A DNA stretch of 64,000 bases from the NCBI RefSeq assembly GCF_964355755.1, contig NC_092676.1, positions 25,190,871-25,254,870 on the forward strand, in the 5' to 3' direction. Shown here piece after piece: positions 27,506 to 41,056 of the stretch. How positions within the stretch are numbered: the first letter of the stretch is position 1; every line of letters starts with the position of its first letter. Under the pieces are notes generated by a model. It searched no databases, was not told where the DNA came from, and saw nothing but the letters and a program-made list of their open reading frames with translations. The position numbers and the translations under genes were made by a program. This DNA comes from Antedon mediterranea. Its lineage: Eukaryota; Animalia; Echinodermata.

Positions 27506-30500
27506 ATGGATCGTAGAGTTAAAAGAAGAATATGGGAATCTAAACGAGCAGCCAGACCTGGTATTTATTTCCTATTTTGTAACTAAATGTTGTTTAAAAG
27601 ATTCTAGGCCTAGCCTCGATTGAAACCTCTCACGAAGCCCATTCTGTGCCACACTGTACTAACTACAGTCATGTTGCTTTCTTGGGCGAACAGGGCAAGT
27701 CTTCGAAAACATCCTTCATGACCAGTAATTGGTGAACAAAACGTTTTTTAAGGAAGGCAGGCTAGAAGGTCTAAGTTGTTGAAAATATTGGTTACTACAT
27801 TTCTAAATCGTGACATTTAATGTTAGAATAGGCCTATTTAAATTTATAAAATTAAAAATGTATACATTTATATTTTGTTTTATGGAAGAACCTTCTGTAC
27901 TCTAAAGAAGAACTAGGCCTATGTTATGTTATTAAGACATGGAATGACTACAGACCTAGTACAGTATATGAGTGACACAATACTTGTTGACATATTTGCA
28001 TAGATCTCGCCGTCGAGTGGCAGCTACTTTTGTCTGAAATGTAGGCCTAGCTTTAAAATATTTATTTTTTGTAGCACAGCCTCCTACTGTTAACAAACGT
28101 CAAAACATGGAGGTATAAAAACCTATCTTTTTTATCCTACTAGAACTGAGAGATAGTTACGACTGGGAGCGACATAACTACTACGAATATTTTGATTGCG
28201 GATTGGAATCATTTGAAGACAATGCTACACGTGTTGACGCCAGGTGCACCTCCGAGGATGAGTTCATTGAGAAGTTTGAGAAGACGATGAAACCATGCGT
28301 GATAGTGCATGCTCAGGACGACTGGCAGGCTGAGAAAAAATGGACACTCGAGGTACAGTGACCAATAGATATAGGCCACTGAATAGAATATAGGCGAACA
28401 CAATCTAACTACGATGTTTCGCAAATTTTTAATTTGTTCTTGTTTTGCGAAACATACACACTTTGTATTTCATACTTTTCGATCAACAAAAAAGAAAATT
28501 TACTCGTATTATATTAAGATCCAAATGAATTAAGAGCCAACAATATCGGCATGGGTTCGAGGCTGACTTGCTCCTAGTTATGGTGGTGGAATAAGTCTTC
28601 TAAGATAAGGATTATAAACCGTAGGTCCGGTGTACACAGTTTGTCTGTGTACATTTTAAAAGAATCCCGTTCATTATTCAAGACGAGTAGGGGTGTACAC
28701 CGGTAAACTGGTTCACAAAATAGCCCCTGTATTGGGGGATTACCACCTATCTGATAGGACAGTGATTACTATTATTATTATTACTATTGATAATCAATGT
28801 GTCTAAATACATAAAATAAGATAGAAAATCACTTATATGATAATTGTTGTACATTTTCAGCGTTTAGTGAAGAAGTATCGAAACCAACGTTTTAAATGTG
28901 GTGAAGACAATGATGGCTACTCTGTGAAGATGAAAATGAAATATTATGTTGACTACATGCATATTACAAGAGATGATAGTCCACTGTATATATTTGACAG
29001 TGGCTTTGGTGATGTAAGTTCAGTGTTTGAATATAATAGGGACCTTTTTGTAACATGGCCTATGACCTAGGAACTAGTTCATTCATTGTATTCATACTGA
29101 GACATTAGGACGTGCTTCCACAGTCAATTCGTTGACACGGTTTTGGTGAAGTCTAGGTTCAAGTGAGGCAGTCTAACAACAGGACGCTGAGCTCGCCTTG
29201 CCAAGATAGGAACTTGTAACAGTCCTTTGCCTTATGTCTGGCTGTAACAAATACCAACAATACTGTACTATGTACATATTCTCTATGGCGCCTGGTGTCT
29301 GTTAATGGGCGTGAAATCAATCATGTCGCAGCCACAGATATACCCTTTGATATCCAGAGCTCAGCATCCTGTTGATACAAAATCAAAAGCTTTCTATTAT
29401 AAAGTACTGTACCATGTTACATGTCCAGAATTGAAGTCCAGGCCCCCAAGTCTTCAACCTATGCCCCTTAAATGCTTGTCAAAAAATCCCTTACTACAAT
29501 TCTATACTGCTAATACAAGCAAGTATCGGTGAAAATAAAGTCATTTTCTACATCTACAATTTAAATGAGTAATTTCTATTTATTTACCTAAATTTCAGCA
29601 TCCAAAGAAGAAAAAACTAATGGAAGACTATGAGGTACCCAAATATTTTCGTGATGATTTATTCAAGTTTGTTGGAGAAGAAAAGAGGCCTCCGTATCGG
29701 TGGTTTGTTATGGGCCCAGCCCGCTCCGGTACTGGCATTCATATTGACCCACTTGGTACCAGTGCCTGGAATGCACTTGTTAAAGGCCATAAACGGTAAG
29801 ACACTTGCAATTAATCGTAGTGGACCTGTAGCTTGGTGGTTAACATGCTTGCCTTTCAATCCCAAGGTCCGGGGTTCAATCCTGACCTAGAGTAGTGCCA
29901 TGGTTGTAACTCCACTCCCATAAGACTTAGTTTATAAGCATGATAAATAGTTTATTCATCCTGTAATTGGCGAGTTCCTCGCTGTTGGATGCGTATAAAA
30001 TAACAAAAACAAATATTTCATTTAAAAATTATTTTTAATTTATTTCTTACATTTTTTCCAAATAAATATATTGGGAATTTACGAATGCCCACCTGTTATT
30101 CTAATCTAATGTTGCATTAATTTGTTTTTTCCAGGTGGTGCATGTTTCCAACGCACACACCAAAAGATAAACTCAAAGTTAAACCAGAAGAGGGTGGCAA
30201 ACAAATTGACGAAGCAATTACATGGTTCAATGTAATATACCCAAGAACAAAACTATCATCATGGCCACAAGATTGCCAACCAGTAAGATCCATAAATATT
30301 CTTTATTTTACATGAAACTGTTGAGGAAATGAAATTTAAAACTAAGACTGGATGTCTCAGCAGAAAAATAACCTGTTATTAACTGGCGTGTGAATAATTT
30401 AACCCAAATATTCGGTAGCAGAAACAGGACAAATTTGTAATAACCGTTTAAATGGCAGCCTGAAAATAATGGTTAAAACACCCAACTTATTCAGTGTTAG

Positions 30501-32040
30501 AATGCCACTAAACTGGTTATTGCTGTGCAACTTTTAACTAAGCTGCAACACAAAATAACAGTTTTTTACCTTGAGTCAACTACACTGCAATAACGATTGA
30601 TTTGACTGCCAGAGCCCATTGCATTTTGGGTACTGCTAATGACTTCCGTCGACGACCACCTACAGTTATTTAGGTACAACAATTTAGCAGACATGCAGTC
30701 AATTTAAAATTATACTTTAAATCTACTGTATTTTGAAATAAGCGGTTTATTCGGCAAAAACATAGCCTAACTCTCATTTCTTTCTGCATTGATAGCTTGA
30801 GATCCTGCAGTCTCCAGGAGAGACTGTCTTTGTACCTGGCGGATGGTGGCATGTAGTCATAAACTTAGACGACACCATAGCCATAACACAGAATTTTGCC
30901 AGCACAACAAATTTTCCCATCGTGTGGCACAAGACAGTGCGAGGGAGACCAAAGCTATCGAAAAAGTGGATAACAGTGCTAAAGGTGAGGCGCACAGTAA
31001 TATGCATGATGTTTGTAACGAATACTATTTCTATGAATATTGGAGGATCTCCATTCATAGTTTTAAAAACAGAATTCATGACAGTTGTAATAGTCTGATT
31101 AAAACCATAGTTAACGTACTTTCACAATCCAACATACAAATTGATATTGTAGGATATTGTAGGTTTGTTTTGTGGAAGTTGCTATTGTTAATTTCCTGGT
31201 GACATTTTGCCTCTTTTGTTTTGTATGTTTCCTATAAATAAATAAAGGAAATGCATTAATGAATATCTATACTTGGATATTAAAAATAAGGAATTTTATA
31301 GGTAAAGAATTATAATTAATAAAAGTGGATTTGGAAGTTTTTTAGTTGTTAGTTATTTAACATGTTTGTGTTTCCTAGAGAGAATGTCCACACTTAGCAG
31401 AGATGGCCGACCTTGTCGACGTTAGTAAGCCAATAAACATCCAATCAGATAGCTCAAGTGGATCGTCATCTTCAAGCAGTTCATGCTCAGAAAGTGCAGA
31501 TGATGAGAAAGGAGAAAAGGAACATGATAGAAGAACAAAAAGGTAAGAATGGAATGATAAACTAGAGTGAGTGGCCGAGGTGGTTAAGACAGTGGAAACG
31601 TAATTACGTAGCCATAATATCGGCAAGGGTTCGAGGCTCACTCGCTCCATGGTTCTAGTGGTAGAACAAGTCTTCTCAGATAAGGACTATAAAACATAGG
31701 TCCAGTGTACACATCTAGCTCATGTGCACTTTAAAGAACCTAGTACATCTTTCAAGACGAGTATGGGGTTACCTGGTGTACTAGTACACACACAGCCACT
31801 GGGCCCTCTGGACTGAAGCGGTTACCCAGTATAAATAAATAACAAATTAAAACAAAAAACATGGCTGTGAAACTCTTCTCCATTTATTGATTTGTTCAGT
31901 GTTTTCTGGTGGTTGAAGTAAATTGTATGATTTTTTCTTGAAGGAGAAAGACATCAATGATGCACAACAATGATTCTGAAGAGGAAGACCATCGGAATGC
32001 CTTTGAAAACGAAAGAGATGAAGTGTGCCATCAAAGATGA
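27506..32040 (+). CDS. JMJD6: JmjC-domain lysyl hydroxylase / arginine demethylase JMJD6 (phosphatidylserine receptor)
   Basis: Exons 27506-27560, 28144-28352, 28861-29013, 29599-29795, 30135-30282, 30796-30984, 31379-31542 and 31944-32040, in phase. Near-identity to JMJD6 motifs [50 protein letters not shown] (HxD) and [15 protein letters not shown] (distal His), followed by the poly-Ser tract. Confidence 0.97.
28535..28705 (+). mobile_element. Degenerate SINE family A copy in JMJD6 intron 2
   Basis: GGGTTCGAGGC...GTCTTCTAAGATAAGGATTATAAACCGTAGGTCC...AGACGAGTAGGGG. Confidence 0.65.
29150..29375 (+). mobile_element. Interspersed repeat (second family); inverted copy at about 812-1015
   Basis: TATGTCTGGCTG(T/C)(A/G)ACAAATACCAACA(A/G)TACTGTACTATGTACATATTCTC...GTCGCAGCCACAGATA occurs at both places in opposite orientation. 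Confidence 0.7.
31565..31842 (+). mobile_element. SINE family A copy in the last JMJD6 intron
   Basis: GAGTGAGTGGCCGAGGTGGTTAAGACAGTGGAA... head through TTACCCAGTATAAATAAAT tail. Confidence 0.85.
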
Positions 32041-32901
32041 CAGCGGTTAGAAGATTCCTCTTTCCCGAGTGAACAACTCGTGTAAATCTCAAATCCATCC
32101 CAACTAACACTGAATTAGCATACAATGCTTACCAAATCAGTTCTTAAGGTGCAAAGAACAATATTAATATTTGTCTGAAAAGCATTAGTAGTTTTATTAG
32201 CAGCTTGAGCATTCTTAAACAAATGTAAAACTTTATAATGCTGTGATTACTAGTAGTGTTAGCTTCAGTAGATTGCTATCTAGCCTTAAGTCTACACAAA
32301 TATGGTAGTGATGTGCCCAAATATGGTAATACTGTAATATGACATCATTTCCATATATTGGCACATCACATTTGTTTGGCACACAAACTTTGATAGTGTA
32401 GACAGAGCTTAACAACAGAAAACCTGCATAAATCAAATAGTGATGTATCAAGAATTACACATTATTGATGTTGATACAAGATTTTTTAGTAAACTTGCGT
32501 TAAAACTGTTCAGGGTTTACTGTACTAGGTTTATGGTTGAGTAAGTCAATTGTTGATGCTTTGACCAATGAAATGCATGCATCTAATATATGCATCATAT
32601 TAGTCAGGTGGATTATGGTAAAGACCTTGTGCCTGGCTGCCTGATACTAGTACAACATGTCTTTAGTGAAACTTTGTTTTATCTTGCTTGTTTACCAGTG
32701 GCTTAAAGAGCGATTATTAAAAACTCTCCAAGTGTTTGTATTTTTATCGTACGGTAGTGTGAATATTTATTGATTTACAGCCAGTATTTAAGTTCGGTTC
32801 ATTGTTTTGCTTTTTTAACTATTATTCCGAGGTTGCAAATATTTTATACTACTTAACTTTATAAGGGAGTTTAACTCCGTCTTTACTATTGTTGGCTTTA
32901 A

Positions 32902-33038
32902 AGCCTGGTCTACACTATCAAATTTTTGTGACAAAAAAAAGTGATGTGCCTATATATGGATATGATGATGTCATATCACTACCATATTTGGGCACATCAC
33001 ACTTTTTTTGTCAAACTAGTGTGAGTGTAGACAGAGCT
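32902..33038. mobile_element. MITE family A copy in the JMJD6/INTS12 3' region
   Basis: TIRs plus TAA target duplication. Confidence 0.8.
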
Positions 33039-33776
33039 TAAGAGTGCTGTACTAATTGGGATAAAAGCCCTTTCTCCAAATTTTGAATAATCTGTGTAAA
33101 CCATGGAAGCCTAAATCAAAACATTGTCAGTTTTTGCACATAATTAAGTTAATACTAATATCATAATACATTGATTTAAAGTTTGAATTTTATTGAGTCA
33201 AGTTTTACAGCTAATGAAGAATTGTCAATAGAACTCATATTTATTGTTTTTTGTCTATAGTTTTGTCTTTTCTGTATAAAAATTTAATGATAAAGAAATT
33301 GTATAAATAAAATACTTAGTCCTTTAGTCTGAAATGTAAAAAATGTGTGCTGATGACTACATCAATATTTTAAGGTGCATACATACATTGCTGATACATT
33401 CATATTATAGTTATAGAAACAAAGATAATTTTCTCATATTTGTTGTATTTTATTGTTGGTTGTGTATAATTTACAAAGATGCTTAAACAACTTTATAACT
33501 ACCTCTACTCTAAGCTTTTTCAGAGTATAATCCAGCCCGCTTACATAGATACAATACTGGTGCTAAATCCAGGCCTCATATGGGTACTAGTGCTACATCC
33601 ATCCCCTCACATAGATACAATACTGGTGCCAAACCCAGGCCTCACATGAGTAGAATATTGGTGCCTAATCCAGGCCGCGCAAGGATACAATACTGGTGCC
33701 AAACCCAGGCCTCGCATGGGTACAGCAGTGTTACATTATTTAGCCCCTTTTCACACTGTGTTGTTTACATTTAATA

Positions 33777-36700
33777 TTATTTCTTTGATGCCTTCTTCTT
33801 CATCATCTGCATTCGTTTATAATACGGATCAACACTTGAAGTTTTCAAAGCCTGCTTTTGACCTGAAGTTGTTTTACTTGAGTTTGATGATTTCGAAGCT
33901 CCATCGTTCACGCCTTTACTTATCTGGCCCGACGTCGACGTTTTAGTTGATGATATTGCTGCTGTCATACTGTTTGACCTTTCCCTGTTCGATGGACGAC
34001 CTCCGGAGATGCCAGGTTGACTAGTTCGGTTACTGTTTCCGCTGCGTCCTGTTAGATTGGCTGCATAACTTGCAAGTCCTGTAAACGGCTGGTTCGGTGC
34101 TGTACCACTCGGTGACGAGACCTGCAGAAAAAAAGATTTTTTTTTTCTTCAATAACGTAAATATTTATTTTCTAAAACATGTCTGTTTATGTCTACAACT
34201 CTCTGGCCTCATTCGCATTGTAGCCATTATATTTAAGACAAATAATACCCATACCTTTGAATCGCTTCTTTTGAAAATGTTGGCAGGTTCTTCTGATTTT
34301 ATTTCTCGTTTGATCGTGATGGTAGATTCTTTAGTTGAACTGGAACTTGTAACAGTTTTAATATTTGATTTCTTTGAAACCTTTGTAGAAACAAAAATAA
34401 AAAGTCAAAAGGTTTCAATCACATGCAATTCCAAGACATTAGGATGGGGAAAATAGTAACACTACTGCATTGTCTAACGGTCTGTCTACACTATCAAACA
34501 AATGGACATGGTGATGTCATTTCACTACCATATGTGGGAATATCACTACCATATTTGGGCACATCACATTTTGTTTTGTAAAACTAGTTTGATAGTGTAG
34601 ACAGAGCTTTATAATGGGGTTTAGTTCAGTTAACCATTGTATTTAAGACAAACAATACCCGTACTTTTGAATCGCTTCTTTTGAAAATGTTGGCAGGTTC
34701 TTCGGATTTTATCTCCCTTTTGATTGTGATGTTAGATTCTTTAGTTGAACTTGAACTTGCAGCGGTTTTAATACTTGATTTCTTTGCAACCTTGGCAGAA
34801 GCAAAAATGGAAAATATGTTTATACAGCATATATAAAAATATCTCTTCTGAGATCTGCGTCGTGAATAAATACTGAAAGATGAGGTAGTATCAATTTGAT
34901 CTCTGGTGCGTATGCGTACAATTGAGGGACTAGTGCTGTTCCGCCATACAACACCGAGAGTGTTAAAGAGGATCTATCCAATCGGATTTGAACAATACCA
35001 TGAAAGCCCCAGTGGTCTAATGATTAGGACATCTGCATATCAATTAGAAGGTTCCGGGTGCGAATCTCGGTTGGAGCGACTTTTTCTCATTCTTACAGAA
35101 TGATTACTAAAAACAAAAGCATAGTGAAAAAATATACAATGCTTACCATTTTCTTTAAACTCTTTGAACATTTACTACAGTACCAGACGACTCGCGGATC
35201 ATTTATCTCTGAATCACTTACAAAAGGTTTGTGGCATTTCTGAAATAAGACATTAAATGTTATCAGTATAAAGGTTCATTAGTACTAAAAGTAAAATATT
35301 GTAAAAAAATGTGGCAGTAGTGTTAATAATACCCTTTTCACACTGCATATTTTGATCTCCAGATTTGGTTTCATACACACATTAGTGAACTAATCTCTGG
35401 AGAGAATATCGGTTGGTCTGTAAATAATTATTATGCAAATACAGTACTGTGATTGGTCAGTAAAATACCAGAGTAAAGTTAAGTGTGTGTTTTTTTTTCA
35501 AGATTTCACAGAGGACCCCACAAAATTGTCCTCACACTGTAAACCTCGTTATAAGTTTTTGCAAATGTGAAAAGGGTATATAAGAATCAATGATATTATT
35601 TTTGGGCGATTGAGCAAAAATATTTGTGAACTTTTTCCACTGAATATCGACAACATACCTGATGATAAAGAGAATGACATTCTTGGCATTCCACTAACTG
35701 GTTGCCCTTTGACACGTTCATTTGTTTACAAACACCGCATGACAATCCCAACTCTAAAGCAAAGTCACCAACGTCAGTGCTACCAGATAGTTCCTTGGAT
35801 TCTTCCATGTTGGCATCCTCCATTTCCTGATCTTCTTCCACGTCTTCATTGCGATCATTCTCTTCTTCCACGGTTTCATCCTCGGCATCCTCTTCATCAT
35901 CGTCATCATCTTCTATGACCGGTTTTCTAGGTCGGTCAATTTGTAGTTTGGCTTTCTTCTTTTCAGGTGCCTCGAAGATGTCCGATATGTCCTTTTTTAT
36001 CTAAAAAATAAAATGTTGACAATATAAAATTTTAATCGCAGTGGTGCAGTGTGCTAACATTTGACTAATGATTGTGTGATCGTGGGTTCGAATTGCTTTT
36101 GTCTCCTTAGGCAAGATACTTTACTTACGTTTGCCTCTGTCCGCCCAGTTGTACAAATGGGTACCTGGTAAGGTCAAGACACAAATTTGCGCTGATTACT
36201 AGCTGCATTATGGTTATATGTTTCCATATGTGTTTGATCCAAAATGACCAGGGTAATAATATGTACAGCACTTACAGATTTCAAAACATTAGGCGCTTTT
36301 TAATCCAGGATATTATTATTATTAATCACAAGCACCTTTAGCTAAATCTAAATTTCATTTCAAATTAAACCACTAACCACACTCCAAAATTAGACTTTAC
36401 TGAGAGTGACCTAAACACATAACACTAACAGCTGTTTCATACCTTTTCATTTGACCTTTTTTCTGCCTCTCGCTTTGAAGAATCTGACTTCTTAAACACT
36501 TTTTTCTCCTCTATTTCAATCTTTACTACTGGATCTGACACCTAGTGAAATACATACAAAAATAAAATATTCTTGTTAATGAAATTAAAAAAGATTATTC
36601 AATTATTCAAAACAATTTTTCATGTTATTGATGGGGTAAAGGCATATTTGTTTTATTTCATTTTCATTTCATAACATTTATTTAAGGAAAAATACAGTGC

Positions 36701-37445
36701 ATATAAGTTAACATAATGATAATAGGTCAAAGAATGAAGGCTGATGCCTGGAAAGATGAAGACAAACATCTTGAGGTGGGCAAGCATTATATTTTATAGT
36801 GCACTCTCTAAAAAATAGTGCAATAATAATTTGTTTTTATTTTTTGCTTTTATTGTATCTTTGTAAACATAAACGAATAAGTCTGTAAAACATAAACGAA
36901 TAAGTCTGAAAAACATAAACGAATAAGTCTGAAAAACAGAAACGAATAAGTCTGAAAAACATAAACGAATAAAGTCTGGAAAACATAAACGAATAAGTCT
37001 GAAAAACATAAACGAATAAGTCTGAAAAACATAAACGAATAAGTCTGAAAACATAAACGAATAAGTCTGAAAAACATAAACAAATAATTCTGAAAAACAT
37101 AAACGAATAAGTCTGAAAAACAGAAACGAATAAGTCTGAAAAACATAAACGAATAAAGTCTGGAAAACATAAACGAATAAGTCTGAAAAACATAAACGAA
37201 TAAGTCTGAAAAACATAAACGAATAAGTCTGAAAACATAAACGAATAAGTCTGAAAAACATAAACAAATAATTCTGAAAAACATAAACATAAATATTTTA
37301 CCTTTGGAACTTCAGATTTCCGTGGTGAATTACCAGCAATGACATCATCAAGAAGTGCTTTTAAGTGATAAACTGAGTCTTTGTTACTTGATCGAAGGTA
37401 ACCCAATGCTTTTAAAAAAAGTGGGTCTAACTCAAATGTTGCCAT
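33777..37445 (-). CDS. INTS12: Integrator complex subunit 12 (PHD finger protein 22)
   Basis: Exons 37445-37302 ([19 protein letters not shown]...), 36541-36443, 36000-35659, 35239-35147, duplicated exons 34790-34665 and 34380-34255, and 34121-33777, all phase 0. N-terminal ELDPxFLKALGxL microdomain, PHD finger CGVC...[19 protein letters not shown]...[11 protein letters not shown] and C-terminal [10 protein letters not shown] match INTS12. Confidence 0.95.
36036..36325 (+). mobile_element. tRNA-derived SINE with MIR/CORE-like central domain
   Basis: A box GTGGTGCAGTG, B box GGGTTCGAA, CORE-like CCTTAGGCAAGATACTTTAC...GTACAAATGGGTACC and a (TAT)n tail. Confidence 0.6.
36865..37290. repeat. 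23-bp minisatellite with 184-bp (8-unit) higher-order repeat in an INTS12 intron
   Basis: Unit AAACATAAACGAATAAGTCTGAA; variant units recur exactly 184 bp apart (36937/37121 and 37081/37265). Confidence 0.92.
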
Positions 37446-38279
37446 GGCTACTACAATATACAAAAACAAATTCTGTAAATATGTGAATGTGAAAGAAAAC
37501 GTTGTAGTAGACCAGGAACTGAAAGCGACTAAACAACTCAAATGAATTAGTTGCGCAAGAGCATGGAACTGATTGTTTTACCGATATCGGGAGTGCAGCG
37601 CAACATGGTTCAGAGTTGAAGGAGGAACCAGTGTGTGCGAGCACTTTATGACAACATAAATGACCGCAACTGGTCAGTTGCTTATTATAGGCATAGGGGC
37701 CTAGGCTATAGGCCTAGTCATAAATAAAAAAAGATAATTCTAAATTTCCAGTGCGTGTTCTTTTTTAAGTAGAACATGTTTCAACTCAACTTTTTAAACA
37801 CATTTAAGAATAATAACTGCTTATGTTGACAGTTAAATCTTATTTTTATGCCTGGCCCAGGGCAGGGCTATGTAAATAGTAGTAATAAGTAGTATTACTA
37901 CTAGGTAGGCCTATATAGGCCTATCCATTCTGAACCGTTTGCCTCTTGTGTGGTGGTAGGCCGAGCGAGGCCTAACCTAATATAATAAGGCCGCCTCCTT
38001 CCTAGGCCTACCTAGTAGTAGTAGCTAACTAGGCTAGGGCTAGGCCCTAGTCCTTCTCCAAAAAAAAATTAATATCAATATGGCAATATTACCTGTTACT
38101 ACTAACCGTATAATAATATAACATGAATTTAAAACAAAAACAGACACTCGGTTTCTTTTTGTTGTTCTCTTTCATCCATCAGTAAAGCGCCACCAATAAT
38201 TGACCACCACAAAATGTATGATAGTGGTGTCGCGGCAATTTAAAATAACCCACACGGGACAGCGACGAGAAAGGATCGG

Positions 38280-38710
38280 AGTGAAAAGGGCCAGGGACGA
38301 CCGACCGGATATAAACGCCGGAAGTACTGAAGGTTTACCGGAAGTATAATTTTTAATGGCCATTATTTATAAATAATTACCTACCCAGGCACCAGAAGGG
38401 GTCCAACCAGAAGTATCAAAATATTATATTTATAAGTAATGAAATACTGTGTTTCATTATTTATACATATTATAAACCCCGGAAATATTGTTGAAGGGTA
38501 AAGGAAGTATTAATGTTGGTAATTATCTTAAATAATTACTTATTTCGGAAATATTAACATTATTTATAAATAATGAAAATAGTTTCATTTTTTATTTTAT
38601 ATAGACGCCGGAAGTATTGTTGAAGGTTACTGGAAGTATAATTTGTCGAAAAAGTCATTATTTATAAATAATTACCGACAGTTACTTGATACTACTTCCG
38701 GTAATAATTT
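38280..38710. promoter_or_regulatory. Probable INTS12 promoter with clustered ETS/GABP-type CCGGAAGT motifs
   Basis: CCGGAAGT at about 38318, 38338 and 38608, reverse ACTTCCGG at about 38694, CpG-rich, upstream of a candidate non-coding exon donor near 38090. Confidence 0.5.
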
Positions 38711-38832
38711 ATAAATTACGTTAACAATTTTACCGAGACTTGATTTTCAAATAATTTTTAATACTTTCCAAATACGATCTGCTAGATAGTACCTAATTGC
38801 TATTCATTCAACATATTTATTATAGTAGGCCT

Positions 38833-40869
38833 CAGGCCCGTATCCAGGGGGGGTGCGTTGGGTGCAGACGCACCCCCCCAAGTCCCAAAAGGTCCACTAT
38901 TTCCTCGGTTGGTATTTTTTCTTGTCTTGTTTAACTAAAGACAATATCATTATATATATACAAAATTTACATTATCAATGGTATACAAACAAAAATATGC
39001 TAATATAAAATGAAAAAATACCGGTAATTAAATTACGGAATCTGAACTGACTACAAACTCGATGTAAAACATGCGCAGTCGATCATGTGACGACAAGCAA
39101 TAGCTTAGCGCTTCATGTACGCGGTACGCGGTATAATATACAGTAAAAACGTTCGCGTTCACTTCATATAGCTTCAGCGCCTAGAAAACCACGATGTTCC
39201 ATTGACCGTGAGAGTACGTCAGAGGGCTAATATGCACTTTTATGCATTCATTATTGCCAGCGATCTAACTTACTAATAAACATTAGCTAGGTACGCACTT
39301 GTCTGGCGGTATCCTTTTGTACGAATCGTTCAACGTTGGGTCGAGACGCGTGATATCAAGTTTCATCCAGGGACCAAAATGTGTAATGTAGTTATTTTCC
39401 AGGCGAAGTTTACCGACGGTTACCGAAGGGAACACGTGTACTTTTTGTCGGGGAATATAATATACAGTAAAAAGCGTTCGCGTTCACTTCGTAGCTAGCT
39501 TCAGCGCCTAGAAAACCGCGACGTTTCATTGACCGTGAGAGTACGTCAGAGTGATAATATGCACTTTATATGCATTCATTATTGCCAGCGATCTAACTTA
39601 CTACTAAACAATAGCTAGGTACGCACTTGTCTGGCGGTATCCCTTTGTACGAATCGTTCAACGTTGGGTCGAGACGCGTGATATCAAGTTTCATCCAGGG
39701 ACCAAAATGTGTAATGTGTTATTTTCCAGGCGAAGTTTACCGACGGTTACGTCGTGTACTGCGTCGACGTACGCTACACTACAGCAAAAACGAATTATGT
39801 TAATTGTTCGTTTGTTCACCAATTTTTTAATTTACAAGTAACCTTCTGTACCGTGGGGCACCTAAAATAAATTTTTCATCTATTACTAAACAAAAAAACA
39901 TGCCATTTTCGCTTAGCCAACATTATAGCTATAGTTATTACATTTTCAATATCCTGTATGTCATGAATTTCTCACCACTCGGAAGTCCAGATGGTACGCA
40001 TGCATACACCTGGGAGGAATAAACTTTTTTCCCCGACTGAAAAAGGTCTACGCTTGCGTTTTTTAAGCCTCTAGGCCTGATGTTTCCAAAGTATAAAATG
40101 CAATTTTTTGAAGACCTGCAGCTCTAGTTTTAAACATTTTCTTAGCTCAGCCCCAACAATAAAGCTGGTCATATTTCGAAGAACAAGAAGTACATTTTCC
40201 GAGACCTAGCATCTCTATTTTTCAAACATTTCTTAGCTCAGTCACAACCCATGATAGGGACTTATATATTTTTTTTCATGTTTTGAAGTATAATAAGTCC
40301 AATTTCCGGGACCTCCAACTCTATTTTTCTAAATTTTCTTTGAACTTTTATTTTTTAAATTGAAAAATATGGATTGAAACAGTCATCGCGCATCGTTTTT
40401 TTGCACGCAGTATTTTATTTATGCATTATAAAAAATGGAAAAAATGGCTACCCTAAATCTGATTAAAAAGACCTCAAATGACGCTAGAACGCGTTGCTTC
40501 CGGGGGCTTCGCCCCCCTGGACCCCACCGGGGGCTCTTGGCGGCCCCTGGCCCTCAGCCTAGTGATGCTCGCTTCGCTCGCATAGCCCCCTCATCGGGGA
40601 ATGTAGCCCCCGCGTCGGGAAGATCCTGGCGCCACCCCTGCTGAGTTGGCCTCATCATGAAAGCGTTAAGTTCTGGTGTCCATCGTTCAACTAGCCCAAG
40701 CCACAACAGACAGTCTTACATCAGTCTTTAGAACGTCAAATAACGCAAATTTTTCCAGGGCCTTCGGCCCCTGGACCCTGACCGGGGGCCCTTGGCGGCC
40801 CCCTGGCCCCCAGCCATTGTTGCTCGCTTCGCTCGCACCCCCCCATTATAAATGCTGCATACGGGCCTG
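38833..40869. mobile_element. Non-autonomous hAT-like DNA transposon (about 2 kb) with an internal tandem duplication of about 320 bp
   Basis: TIR CAGGCCCGTAT(C/G)CAG at both ends; subterminal GC-rich GCTTCGCTCG and GGGGGCTTCGCCCCC motifs; 39130-39430 repeated at 39455-39750; no transposase ORF. Confidence 0.75.
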
Positions 40870-41056
40870 GGCCTACTATTATTATTACTTAATTAGTATC
40901 ATTGACAGATGTGAAATCATGTTTTATATGGAGATGGTTCTGTGGATCTCTTTTCAGGTTGCTTATGCATCAAAATGTATGTAGCCAGGTCTAGCTAGCT
41001 AGTCTGACCATCATGGAGGTGGTCTGACTCTTCTGGGCCGACTAAATAGGCATAAT

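Noticed and set aside
35005-35078. tRNA-like sequences here and at about 29820-29890
   Set aside because: Degenerate A/B boxes and broken stems; SINE or pseudo-tRNA remnants.
1467-37445. Ancient microsynteny of EPS8, sFRP3/4, JMJD6 and INTS12
   Set aside because: Cannot be evaluated without other genomes, and I know of no functional link among these genes.
36794-37541. Long Phe-rich ORFs in three frames
   Set aside because: They are translations of the 23-bp minisatellite; only 37302-37445 is a real INTS12 exon.
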